From NCBI GenBank assembly GCA_001770205.1, contig MEQL01000061.1, positions 124,001 through 188,000 on the forward strand: a stretch of DNA of 64,000 nucleotides, written 5' to 3'. A program made the position numbers and the translations under genes. Below are positions 1 through 11,888 of the stretch, one piece after another (position 1 is the stretch's first letter; the number at the start of each line of letters is the position of its first letter). The DNA comes from Bdellovibrionales bacterium RIFOXYD12_FULL_39_22 (GTDB lineage Bacteria > Bdellovibrionota > Bacteriovoracia > Bacteriovoracales > Bacteriovoracaceae). The notes below the pieces were generated by a model. The model searched no databases and was not told the DNA's origin. It saw nothing but the letters and a program-made list of their open reading frames with translations.

Positions 1-1800
1 GCTTGGATTGCGGCGCAGTTAAATATGCGCGTGGCACTTTTTTGTCTTCCCGATGTTGCTATTGCCTCTATGCCTTGCAATCCTTCTATCGGTGGCGTTG
101 GAAAGGGCCAGATTGTTCGCGAGTTAGACGCTTTAGGCGGGTTGATGGGAGTTTTGGCAGATAGATGTGCTATTCAATATCGTACTCTTAACGAGTCTAA
201 GGGGCCGGCAGTTAAATCTACTCGCTGTCAAGTCGATAAGGAGAAATATTCTGCACTGGCCGAGCAGTTTTTGGCACAGTCATCAAATATTAGAATTTTA
301 AAACTCAAAGTTTCTCTCATTTCTCGTCAATGTACTGATAATTATTTTATTATTTCTTCAGATGATCGGACTTTTTTGAGTCGTACATTGGTTATCACCG
401 CAGGTACATTTTTGGATGGCAAAATACATATTGGCGCAGATAAGTTTTTGGGTGGAAGAAATATGCATGATTCGGCGCCTGCTCTAAATGATCTCTTCAA
501 TAACGTGCCGTTTGTTAAAAAGCGCTTTAAGACAGGAACTCCTGCAAGGCTTGTTAAGTCGACTATTAATTTTTCAAACTTAGAAGAGCAGATTTCTGAT
601 CCCAAGACTCGTTGTTTTCACCACCAAAATGCAAATGGTGAGCGTTTTTTGCGCCAAACTAGTTGTTTTTTGGCACATACAAATGATGTGACACTTCAAA
701 TAATTAGATCAAATCGTGAACGTTCGCCCCTTTTTAATGGACAAATTTCAGGCGTGGGGCCGCGCTATTGTCCCAGTATTGAAGACAAGGCATTTCGTTA
801 CCCAGATCGTAATACTCATCATGTTTTTTTAGAACCAGAAGGACTTGAACTGGATACAATTTATCCTAATGGTCTCTCCACTTCTCTACCTAAAGATGTT
901 CAACAAGCTTTTATAAATTCTATTGTTGGGTTGGAAGAGGCGATGATCGCAAATTATGGATATGCAGTCGAATATGATGTAATTGATACAACTTTTTTGC
1001 ATCCAACTTTAGAACATTCACAGATTCCAAATCTTTTTTTTGCTGGACAGGTTAATGGTACCTCTGGTTATGAGGAAGCAGCAGCACAGGGGATTGTTGC
1101 GGGAATTAATGCCGCTTTTAAGTTGTTGGGTTTTGCCCCTTTTGTTTTACTCAGATCAGAATCATACATTGGTGTTTTGGTAGATGATCTTGTTTCGCGC
1201 AATGTTGACGAACCTTATCGGTTATTCACGGCGCGAGCAGAGAATAGACTTTTTATTCGCGAAGACAATGTCGTTTTGCGCATGGCCAAGTATCGAAAAC
1301 TATTGGGTTTGTCCGCAGAAATTGATTTTTATCATGAGAAATTTGTTAATAATTTTGATATATTATTTCAAGTTGTATCAAGTTTTACCTATCGCCCGTC
1401 ATTGCAAATTAAAGAGAGATTTATTAGATTTAATTATGGAGAGATTTTTGAGAATTTAACCATGGCAGAGCTTTTGCGCCGCAGCAATCTTGATCCGGTC
1501 TCAGTTCTTGGTTTTGAGTTGGTAGAAAATGGGATTTTTTTTCATTCAGATGTTGTTGCTGCTGTGGCAACTACAATTAAGTATGAGGGTTATATTGCGC
1601 GTAATTTTGTCGAGAATATGCGCTTTGACAATATTTTGCGTAAAAAAATTAATTGGCAGCAGCTAATGTTATCAAATAATATTTCAAATGAGTGTAAGCA
1701 GCGTATTGGACAAGAGCGGCCTGAAACTTTTTTGCATCTTACAAAGATTAATGGCATTCGTCCGGCAACATTAGCTTATGTGGCGGGGACATATTGTTAA
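1..1800 (+). CDS. mnmG: tRNA uridine 5-carboxymethylaminomethyl modification enzyme MnmG/GidA (5' end outside window)
   Basis: Frame open from base 1; motifs MPCNPSIGGVGKG, FKTGTPAR, GPRYCPSIEDK, FAGQVNGTSGYEEAAAQG, EPYRLFTARAE. Confidence 0.97.
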   Translation, partial: AWIAAQLNMRVALFCLPDVAIASMPCNPSIGGVGKGQIVRELDALGGLMGVLADRCAIQYRTLNESKGPAVKSTRCQVDKEKYSALAEQFLAQSSNIRILKLKVSLISRQCTDNYFIISSDDRTFLSRTLVITAGTFLDGKIHIGADKFLGGRNMHDSAPALNDLFNNVPFVKKRFKTGTPARLVKSTINFSNLEEQISDPKTRCFHHQNANGERFLRQTSCFLAHTNDVTLQIIRSNRERSPLFNGQISGVGPRYCPSIEDKAFRYPDRNTHHVFLEPEGLELDTIYPNGLSTSLPKDVQQAFINSIVGLEEAMIANYGYAVEYDVIDTTFLHPTLEHSQIPNLFFAGQVNGTSGYEEAAAQGIVAGINAAFKLLGFAPFVLLRSESYIGVLVDDLVSRNVDEPYRLFTARAENRLFIREDNVVLRMAKYRKLLGLSAEIDFYHEKFVNNFDILFQVVSSFTYRPSLQIKERFIRFNYGEIFENLTMAELLRRSNLDPVSVLGFELVENGIFFHSDVVAAVATTIKYEGYIARNFVENMRFDNILRKKINWQQLMLSNNISNECKQRIGQERPETFLHLTKINGIRPATLAYVAGTYC

Positions 1801-1801
1801 T

Positions 1802-2449
1802 ATGGATATTCGAGAATTTTCTGATTTATATAATGATTTTCTTTTTTTGGGGCCATTAGCAGGAATTAATCTCACGGCAATTTCTGGAAAGGATGATTTT
1901 TTTTCACGTCAAATTATAGATTCTGTTTTACCCTTTGAGAAAAGTAACATTATAACTACACTTCTTTTAAGCGGAGAATACGCCGTAGTTGATATTGGCT
2001 TTGGAGGTGGCTTTCCCATTATCCCTCTTGCATTTTCTTTTCCTGCCATCTCTTTTTTTGGCATAGAGGCAAAGCAAAAAAAGGTTTTAGCGGTTGAAAA
2101 AATTATTTCTCACTTTAATTTGAGAAATGTTCGTCTTTTTGCGGATCGACTTGAAAATATTTTTTTTGATCAAAAGCTGATTATTCTTTCAAAAGGTGTC
2201 AGCACCATTGAGAAGATGTTAAAGGGAACATTTGCGGCAAGCAATGTATATGTATATTTCTATAAGGGTCCCAATCTTGATTCTTTAGAAAAATTTGATT
2301 CTATTTTGGGCCAATGGGAGATTGTCGAAGATTTGTTCCTTGATATTCCAGGCACGAACGGTAGACGTTTTGTAGGGTTTAAAAAAAGAGATGTTCCACG
2401 TGGAACAAAAGCAAAGAAAAATCTTGTCAAATTTTCTGAACTAATCTAG
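1802..2449 (+). CDS. rsmG: 16S rRNA m7G527 methyltransferase RsmG/GidB
   Basis: INLTAI, IIDS, SAM motif VDIGFGGGFP, YKG; follows mnmG. ATG 1802 preferred over track start 1778. Confidence 0.9.
   Translation: MDIREFSDLYNDFLFLGPLAGINLTAISGKDDFFSRQIIDSVLPFEKSNIITTLLLSGEYAVVDIGFGGGFPIIPLAFSFPAISFFGIEAKQKKVLAVEKIISHFNLRNVRLFADRLENIFFDQKLIILSKGVSTIEKMLKGTFAASNVYVYFYKGPNLDSLEKFDSILGQWEIVEDLFLDIPGTNGRRFVGFKKRDVPRGTKAKKNLVKFSELI
2392..2407. promoter_or_regulatory. parS centromere site
   Basis: Perfect 16-bp palindrome TGTTCCACGTGGAACA matching the universal parS consensus, about 100 bp upstream of parA, inside the 3' end of rsmG. Confidence 0.96.
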
Positions 2450-2510
2450 AAATAATAATTCCGAGACAATTCACAAATTGCGTCAGAATCATTTTCATCA
2501 GGAGAAAGAA

Positions 2511-3341
2511 ATGGCAAAAATTATTGCTATTGCAAATCAAAAAGGCGGGGTTGGAAAAACCACTACCGCTATCAATCTTGCGGCCTGTTTGGCGGTAGCA
2601 GAGAAGAGGGTTTTACTAGTTGATCTAGATCCACAGGGCAATGCGAGTGCTGGCCTGGGAATTGGCAAGGAGTTGTTTGAAAAACAAAATATCTATCACG
2701 CTATTATTGGCCAGCGTCCAATAACAGAAGCGATTTATAAAACAGAAATACCTTTTCTTTCAATTTGTCCATCTGACAATAATCTGATTGGTGCTGAAAT
2801 AGAACTGGTTAGCGTACTGGCACGTGAGTACAAATTAAAAATGGCCCTTGCCACAATATCCAATGATTTCGACTATATACTGATAGACTGTCCTCCCTCT
2901 CTAGGGCTTTTAACTGTTAACGCCTTTTGTGCAACGCACAGCGTCATAATTCCCATGCAAACAGAGTACTTTGCCATGGAAGGATTGGCGCAATTATTAA
3001 ATACCATATCACTTATTCAACGTTCACTAAATAGTACGCTAGAAGTGGATGGAATAATTCTAACAATGTTTGATCAGCGAAATAATTTACACAAGCAAGT
3101 TTCCACGGAAATTAAAGAGCACTTTGGAGAAAAAGTTTTTAAATCAATCATTCCGCGCAATGTGAAACTTTCAGAATGTCCGAGTTTTGGTAAGCCAATC
3201 ATTTTATATGACATCGAATCTAAAGGCAGTGCGGCCTATTTCTCGTTGGCAAAGGAGATAATTCTTGGGCCAAAAAATAGAAATAATATGGTCGAAAGAA
3301 ATAATCAAAGTAGTTTGTTTGAGCAACAATCTTTAATGTAG
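2511..3341 (+). CDS. parA: Chromosome partitioning ATPase ParA/Soj
   Basis: NQKGGVGKTTT deviant Walker A, DLDPQGNA, IDCPPSLG, IPRNVKLSE; AGGAG RBS before ATG 2511. Confidence 0.97.
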   Translation: MAKIIAIANQKGGVGKTTTAINLAACLAVAEKRVLLVDLDPQGNASAGLGIGKELFEKQNIYHAIIGQRPITEAIYKTEIPFLSICPSDNNLIGAEIELVSVLAREYKLKMALATISNDFDYILIDCPPSLGLLTVNAFCATHSVIIPMQTEYFAMEGLAQLLNTISLIQRSLNSTLEVDGIILTMFDQRNNLHKQVSTEIKEHFGEKVFKSIIPRNVKLSECPSFGKPIILYDIESKGSAAYFSLAKEIILGPKNRNNMVERNNQSSLFEQQSLM

Positions 3342-3355
3342 AAAAGGTAGGATTT

Positions 3356-4288
3356 ATGGCACAAAAATTAGCACTAGGAAAAGGAATAGCATCACTAATT
3401 CAGAGTCAAAATAACAGCGTCATTAATGAAGCAGTCTTGCGAAACAACTTAATTGATAATAATTCTAACAGCGTTATTTCCCACAATGTTCTGCCAACTG
3501 GCAATGGAGAGATTTTAGTAAATCTTTCGGAAATAAAGGTCAATCCCAACCAGCCACGAAAAATTTTTAAAGAAAAAGATTTAGAGGAGCTTTCTAATTC
3601 TATTCGTGAAAATGGAATTATTCAGCCGCTAATTGTAGTCAAAAAAGATGATGGTTATGAGTTGATTGCCGGGGAACGTCGTTTGCGAGCTGCCAGATTA
3701 GCAGAGATCGAACAAGTTCCAGTAGTAGTTAAAACTGTTACAGATAAAGATAAGATGATTATGTCTATTATTGAAAATGTTCAGCGCGCAGATTTAAATT
3801 GCGTCGAAGAAGCGCTGGCCTATTTTCAATTAATGGATGACTTTAAATTAACCCAAGAAGAAGTGGCAAAAAAACTCGGGAAAGAGCGATCGTCTATTGC
3901 AAATTACTTGCGCATTTTAAAACTTCCCCGTGAAGTTATCGATATGCTACAAAGGGAACAGCTTTCTTTTGGACATGCCAAGATCTTGGCCGCCATGAAA
4001 GAAATTGATAAAACAGTACGAGTTGCAAATATTTGTGCGAGTAAAAACCTATCTGTTCGCGAACTAGAAGAACTGATAAAGAAAGTTAACCGGCCCGAAA
4101 AACTAAAAGAGGAAAATCGTAACCCGTTTTTAGAAGAAAAGGCCGATCAGTTACGCCAACAATTGGAGAAAAAAACAGGCTTTCATTTTGCGGTTACAAC
4201 TAAAAAAAATGGCGCCGGACAACTAGTCATCAAATTTAGCAACGAGGCTGAATTTAACGATATATATCAATACATGATGAAACACTAG
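3356..4288 (+). CDS. parB: Chromosome partitioning CTPase ParB/Spo0J
   Basis: LGKG N-terminus, NPNQPRK, GIIQP, IAGERRLRA arginine patch, ENVQRADL, HTH; follows parA. Confidence 0.97.
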   Translation: MAQKLALGKGIASLIQSQNNSVINEAVLRNNLIDNNSNSVISHNVLPTGNGEILVNLSEIKVNPNQPRKIFKEKDLEELSNSIRENGIIQPLIVVKKDDGYELIAGERRLRAARLAEIEQVPVVVKTVTDKDKMIMSIIENVQRADLNCVEEALAYFQLMDDFKLTQEEVAKKLGKERSSIANYLRILKLPREVIDMLQREQLSFGHAKILAAMKEIDKTVRVANICASKNLSVRELEELIKKVNRPEKLKEENRNPFLEEKADQLRQQLEKKTGFHFAVTTKKNGAGQLVIKFSNEAEFNDIYQYMMKH

Positions 4289-4310
4289 GCCAAACAGAGG
4301 AGAAAATGTT

Positions 4311-4673
4311 GTGGAACAAGGACATGGAGAAATTTCGGCCATTATTGAAGAAGGATGCAAGTTTGAAGGAAATTTATCTTTCAATGGGGTGGCCAGAATC
4401 GCAGGAATTGTAAACGGTAGCATTTTTTCAAATGATACCGTCATTATATCTGAGGGCGCTGTAATAAACGCAGACATTAATGCTAACGTCGTATTAATAT
4501 CTGGAGTGGTGAAAGGAAATATTAAGGCCAGCTCACGAGTTGAAATCATAAAGCCGGCAAGATTTGAGGGCACACTTACCACCCCTAGCTTGATAGTAGA
4601 AGATGGAGTAATTTTTCATGGAACAACTAAGATGCGCGATAACAACACTCCGACCTCGACGCGAAATGTTTAG
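4311..4673 (+). CDS. Bactofilin (polymer-forming cytoskeletal protein, DUF583)
   Basis: Beta-helix pattern I.EG..FEG.L...G..RI.G.V.G.I and L.VEDG.IF.G; GTG start after GAGGAG. Confidence 0.9.
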   Translation: MEQGHGEISAIIEEGCKFEGNLSFNGVARIAGIVNGSIFSNDTVIISEGAVINADINANVVLISGVVKGNIKASSRVEIIKPARFEGTLTTPSLIVEDGVIFHGTTKMRDNNTPTSTRNV

Positions 4674-4782
4674 TTAAATAAGTAGATAAAAGCACTTGAC
4701 GATATTTTGGCAAAAGATTATTTATTAAGAACTTATCTTTATCACTAGTTTCTCCTTTAATTACAAACGCTAATGTTTAAGG

Positions 4783-5235
4783 ATGTATACTCTTATGGAT
4801 GCGATAACACCTATCTTAAACAAACTGGGGCTTGACGCAACATTTTTTACACAGTTTGTAATTATCATTTTCTTATATGTTATTTTGCGTTTTATTTTCG
4901 TCGGTAAATTACAGTTTGTTCTAGAACAAAGGGAACAGCAAACAGGAAAAAAGCTACTAAATGCCGAGGAAAAATTCAAAAAGGCAAATGTTTTTGCGGA
5001 AGAGTTCACTAATAAAATTCAAGAGGCCCACGCAGATGCGCATGAAAAACTTTTTTTAAGAAAAAAAGAGATTGAGAAAAAGGCATCAGAAATAATTTTT
5101 GGAGCAGAAAATCGGGCAGAAAACGAGTTTGAGGCAAAAGTAAAAGAAATAAGAAAAGAATTTGATGCCAAGAAAAAAGGTCTAAGTAGCGATGTTGAAA
5201 AACTCTCAGAAGAGTTAATTAAAAAAATAACCTAG
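4783..5235 (+). CDS. atpF2: F0F1 ATP synthase subunit b'
   Basis: N-terminal TM (DATFFTQFVIIIFLYVILRF) then charged coiled coil; first gene of the atp cluster. Confidence 0.8.
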   Translation: MYTLMDAITPILNKLGLDATFFTQFVIIIFLYVILRFIFVGKLQFVLEQREQQTGKKLLNAEEKFKKANVFAEEFTNKIQEAHADAHEKLFLRKKEIEKKASEIIFGAENRAENEFEAKVKEIRKEFDAKKKGLSSDVEKLSEELIKKIT

Positions 5236-5250
5236 GGAAATGAGTTTTTT

Positions 5251-5799
5251 ATGCAAAGAAACTTCATATTGATTATTTATACCTTATTGATCCAGGCGGC
5301 GGCATACGCTTCTTCTGCTTCAACAGAAGGGCACACTCCTTCTGCGGGGGACTTGAAGTGGAAATTTATTAGTTTTTTTATAGTTTTCTTTTTCGTTGGA
5401 AAATTTGCTAAAAAATTGATGAAAGAAAATTTTAGTAAAATGCACGAGATCATTAAGGCCAAATTTGATGAGGCGGAGACTAAGAATAAAGAAGCTGAAT
5501 TGAAACTTAAAATGTTTGAAGAAAAGCTTGCCAACCTAAAAAATCATGTTCATCTAATACAGACAGACACAAATGAAAGTATCAAGCAAATTGATGAGAG
5601 AGTAGAGGTTGAAACAAAAGATAGATTGCACATAATCAAAAGAGAATTGGAAGCAAAACTGGCCTCAGAAAAAAGTTATTTAGAGAGAAAGATGAACCAA
5701 GAAATTATTGAAGAAGTGGTTGGAAAGGCCAAAGAGAAAATAGTAAGAGACGGAAATACTAAAGCAAAAGTTACACAAAAGTTAATGGCCGGAATTTAA
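5251..5799 (+). CDS. atpF: F0F1 ATP synthase subunit b
   Basis: Signal-like N-terminal extension, TM WKFISFFIVFFF, coiled coil; precedes atpH. Confidence 0.8.
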   Translation: MQRNFILIIYTLLIQAAAYASSASTEGHTPSAGDLKWKFISFFIVFFFVGKFAKKLMKENFSKMHEIIKAKFDEAETKNKEAELKLKMFEEKLANLKNHVHLIQTDTNESIKQIDERVEVETKDRLHIIKRELEAKLASEKSYLERKMNQEIIEEVVGKAKEKIVRDGNTKAKVTQKLMAGI

Positions 5800-5828
5800 T
5801 ATAACCCAAAATAATCGGGAATAAAGGT

Positions 5829-6368
5829 ATGAGTACAATAATTGCCCCTAAATCATATGCTCAGGCAATAACTGATTTGGCCGAAAAAAATAAAATAGAT
5901 CTTGTGTCTGATTTTGCACGGTTTAATGAAGCGCTAAATGGTAATTTAAAATTTGAGCAATTTTTATTCTTAGATGTTTTTACTATTGAAGAAAAAGCAA
6001 CAGTTGTCAAAGAAGTTGCCCTAAAATTGTCTCTTTCAAAAATTTTCACGAATTTTTTATATTTTTTAATTGAAGAGAAACGTATCGGAATGTTGCCTTC
6101 GATCTACAAAGACGTTGTAGTGTTAGAAGATGATCGCAAGGGTTTTATGAGAGGAGTTATCGAAGGCAGTGAACAACAAATTAATGAAGCGGACAAAGAA
6201 AAACTTGTTGGTTATTTGAAGAAAAAATTAGGAAAAGATATTGAATTAACCTATCAGCAAAAAAATAGCGTAGCTGCTGGATATCGGGTTACCGTTGGTG
6301 ATTTGCAGCTCGATGCTTCAATTGATAATCAATTGGAAAAATTAAAACACGAAGTTTTGAATTCGTAA
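5829..6368 (+). CDS. atpH: ATP synthase subunit delta
   Basis: YAQA N-terminus, NFL..LIEEKR, C-terminal G..VTVGDLQLDASI..QL. Confidence 0.92.
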   Translation: MSTIIAPKSYAQAITDLAEKNKIDLVSDFARFNEALNGNLKFEQFLFLDVFTIEEKATVVKEVALKLSLSKIFTNFLYFLIEEKRIGMLPSIYKDVVVLEDDRKGFMRGVIEGSEQQINEADKEKLVGYLKKKLGKDIELTYQQKNSVAAGYRVTVGDLQLDASIDNQLEKLKHEVLNS

Positions 6369-6377
6369 TCTATATAA

Positions 6378-7898
<1,521 letters not shown>

Positions 7899-7910
7899 CA
7901 GGTCATCGCA

Positions 7911-8783
7911 ATGGCAAATGTAAAAGAGTTAAAAAAGAAAATCAAAAGCGTCAAAGGGACACTGAAGATCACTTCTGCCATGAAGCTGGTTTCTGCTGCC
8001 AAACTAAACCGCGCTCAACAAAATGTGCTAGGTGCCCGGCCTTATGCAAACGAACTTGAACGAACAATCAAGATTGTTTCTGCGTTGGTACAAAAATACC
8101 AGCATCCATTTTTGAGTGAAGCTGGTGAGAAGTCGGGGAAAGTTGCGCTGCTTGTAATATCTGCCAGTAAAGGACTTTGTGGTGGATATAATACGCAGTT
8201 GGCCAAGGCCGTAAAACATTTTGTGGAGGGAAGCAAGGAAGAGGTAGAGGTATACTATATTGGCACTAAGGTTAATGTTATTTTAGGTAATCTAGTTAAA
8301 GTTGTTAAAACCTTTGAATATGAAAAACTTGAGCCAACACTCACAGAAATTCAAAAGACGTGCAACGAACTTGCCGCACTTTTTGAGGAAAGCAAGGTTG
8401 AAAAAATCTATGTTGCCTATAATCTTTTCAAATCGGTTATAAGCTTTATTCCTACCATAAAGCAGGCACTTCCTATGACGCTAAGCACGGCAGATGCGGA
8501 GGAAGCAAAGAAAAATTTTCCGTTTGATTTTAAATATACACCAAACTCCAAAGAGATTTTGGATACTCTGATTCCGGAAGCATATTACAACAATATTTTC
8601 ACCTGCGTATTGGACGCAATTGCCGCAGAGCATGGATCAAGAATGGCCGCAATGGATAATGCTTCCAATAACTGCAAAGAAGCAATTAGAACACTAACAC
8701 TAAAAATGAATAAATTACGACAGTCTGCAATTACGACAGAATTGATCGAAGTTGTATCTGGCGCAGAGTCGTTAAAAGGTTAA
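7911..8783 (+). CDS. atpG: ATP synthase subunit gamma
   Basis: KITSAMKLVSAAK, KGLCGGYN, RMAAMDNA, NKLRQSAITTELIEVVSGA. Confidence 0.98.
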   Translation: MANVKELKKKIKSVKGTLKITSAMKLVSAAKLNRAQQNVLGARPYANELERTIKIVSALVQKYQHPFLSEAGEKSGKVALLVISASKGLCGGYNTQLAKAVKHFVEGSKEEVEVYYIGTKVNVILGNLVKVVKTFEYEKLEPTLTEIQKTCNELAALFEESKVEKIYVAYNLFKSVISFIPTIKQALPMTLSTADAEEAKKNFPFDFKYTPNSKEILDTLIPEAYYNNIFTCVLDAIAAEHGSRMAAMDNASNNCKEAIRTLTLKMNKLRQSAITTELIEVVSGAESLKG

Positions 8784-8790
8784 GGAGTAA

Positions 8791-10206
<1,416 letters not shown>

Positions 10207-10229
10207 TAAGTAGAGTGTTTGTTTGGCCA

Positions 10230-10264
10230 TTTGGTTTAGTTTAGTTTAGTTTGATTTGATTTGT
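10230..10264 (+). repeat. Degenerate pentanucleotide tandem repeat (TTTRN) x7
   Basis: tttgg tttag tttag tttag tttga tttga tttgt in the atpD-atpC spacer. Confidence 0.75.
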
Positions 10265-10286
10265 AGATTTAAGGTGGGATAGAAAA

Positions 10287-10700
10287 ATGAGTTTTTTTTC
10301 AGTAGATGTGCTTACACCGTCATCCGTTATCGCCAAAGGTTTACCTGCAGAATCATTACTGGTACAGACTGTTCGTGGACAAATTAATATTTTGCCCCAT
10401 CATACTCACGTTATTGAAAAATTAGATACTGGACTGGTCTCGCTTATTAACGCAGGCAAGCAAGAAGATTTTATTGTCACCACAGGAATTTGTAAATTGC
10501 TAGACAATAAGGTTGTTATTTTGGCCAATGTGGCAGAGCGGCCAGAGAAAGTGGATATGGAGCGCGCTAAGCGAGCACTAGAGAAGGCAAAGAAAAAAAT
10601 TACTGGTTCGGAAAATTTAACTTACGATGAATTTATCAAGTATCAAAGAAAGGTTGATCGTGCGGAAATAAGAATTAAGATGGCATTACGAGGAAACTAG
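10287..10700 (+). CDS. atpC: ATP synthase subunit epsilon
   Basis: VLTP, GQINILPHH, VVILA..AE, D.ERAKRA; follows atpD. Confidence 0.93.
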   Translation: MSFFSVDVLTPSSVIAKGLPAESLLVQTVRGQINILPHHTHVIEKLDTGLVSLINAGKQEDFIVTTGICKLLDNKVVILANVAERPEKVDMERAKRALEKAKKKITGSENLTYDEFIKYQRKVDRAEIRIKMALRGN

Positions 10701-10748
10701 TAATTGCGGTGACTTTTCCCAATAAGTTTTCAAAAGCTATAGACAAAT

Positions 10749-11156
10749 TTAGCCGTCTAAGTTCTCTTCTGAAGAAGAAAGATAGCTGCATTTTTCTTTA
10801 GCCTTAATATCAAAGGTTTCAGTGTTTAACTCAATTTCAGCAGGACAATCCACTGAAATACGCCTTACTAGGTTAAGTAAATTATTATAAGAAATGGCAT
10901 TCAGTGGTATTAAATTGCTGCGATAGGAGCCTGAAGAATTTTGATAGGCAAATTCATGCGAAGCTGCCATTACAATAAGACGAACATTGCCGTTAGTATC
11001 TAGCGCTAAAAGGTTTCCGCGATTATCTATACTTCTTTCAATAACCGTAAGGCCCACAAGCTTATCGGAACTTGGCCTGTCAATAGTAACGGTGGCGGCA
11101 AAAGAACTAGAAATAACAAAATAAAATGATAAAAAAAAGAAAAGTGATAATCTCAT
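10749..11156 (-). CDS. Small secreted hypothetical protein
   Basis: 135 aa; Sec-type signal (MRLSLFFFLSFYFVISSSFA); GGAGAA RBS; two Cys. Confidence 0.7.
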   Translation of the reverse strand: MRLSLFFFLSFYFVISSSFAATVTIDRPSSDKLVGLTVIERSIDNRGNLLALDTNGNVRLIVMAASHEFAYQNSSGSYRSNLIPLNAISYNNLLNLVRRISVDCPAEIELNTETFDIKAKEKCSYLSSSEENLDG

Positions 11157-11434
11157 ATAATTCTCCAGAAAAAATAAATGTCTCCAAGAACCGATTGTCC
11201 AATCATCGTCTGATGATGGCGCCGAAAATTGTTACTTAAAGGATAATCAAAATTTTCAATTGAAAATAGATTCTTGAAATTTTTACAAGAAATAAATAAT
11301 AATTGTCCAATAGTTGGACATCTGCATAGCATATCTGGCCGTAAAAAATTCAAAAAAATTTTCTATGATTGCAATTTGAAAAAAATGCGATAAAAATAAC
11401 AAGAAGAAAAGATGATATCAACAACGAGGAACTT

Positions 11435-11743
11435 ATGAAAAAAATCACTATTTTATTAGTTACTATTTTTGTTTTAAGCGCACTTTTTGCGACAGAGCAA
11501 CAACTTCTTTTGGATGCAGCTTGCAAAATAAGCTGTGTAGTAAATATTTCAGAAGTTGATAATGATCAAGGATCTCCTTCTTATGTTCGAGAATATAGAG
11601 ATTTTTATGTAAATTTTCTTGGACTAACGCGGGCAGAGATTGAAGAAAAAACTACGAGTGTTGCTCTTGCTGAAATTTGTCAAGAAAAGTTTGGGATTGC
11701 TGATTCGTCGGGAAGAAGAGATTGTTGGTATGTAAAACATTAG
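11435..11743 (+). CDS. Small secreted Cys-containing hypothetical protein
   Basis: MKKITILLVTIFVLSALFA signal peptide after GAGGA RBS (start 11435 preferred over 11369); four Cys. Confidence 0.7.
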   Translation: MKKITILLVTIFVLSALFATEQQLLLDAACKISCVVNISEVDNDQGSPSYVREYRDFYVNFLGLTRAEIEEKTTSVALAEICQEKFGIADSSGRRDCWYVKH

Positions 11744-11815
11744 TGAGGGGCAATATCTCTTAAAACATTCTAGCATATAATCAAAAAAGTCGACTATTTA
11801 GTGAGTACTCTATGC

Positions 11816-11825
11816 TGACTACTCA
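11816..11825. promoter_or_regulatory. TGAnTAnTCA palindrome upstream of the 11889 gene (near-copy at 11802-11811)
   Basis: TGACTACTCA at 11816-11825; TGAGTACTCt 14 bp upstream. Function inferred. Confidence 0.55.
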
Positions 11826-11888
11826 CAATCTATCTAGGCAAACTCTTTAATACTTGAAAAAAATTTGTGATGAAGGAAGATATAGATT

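Noticed and set aside
3099..3112. parS-like GTTTCCACGGAAAT in parA
   Set aside because: Wrong spacing and several mismatches to the 16-bp consensus.
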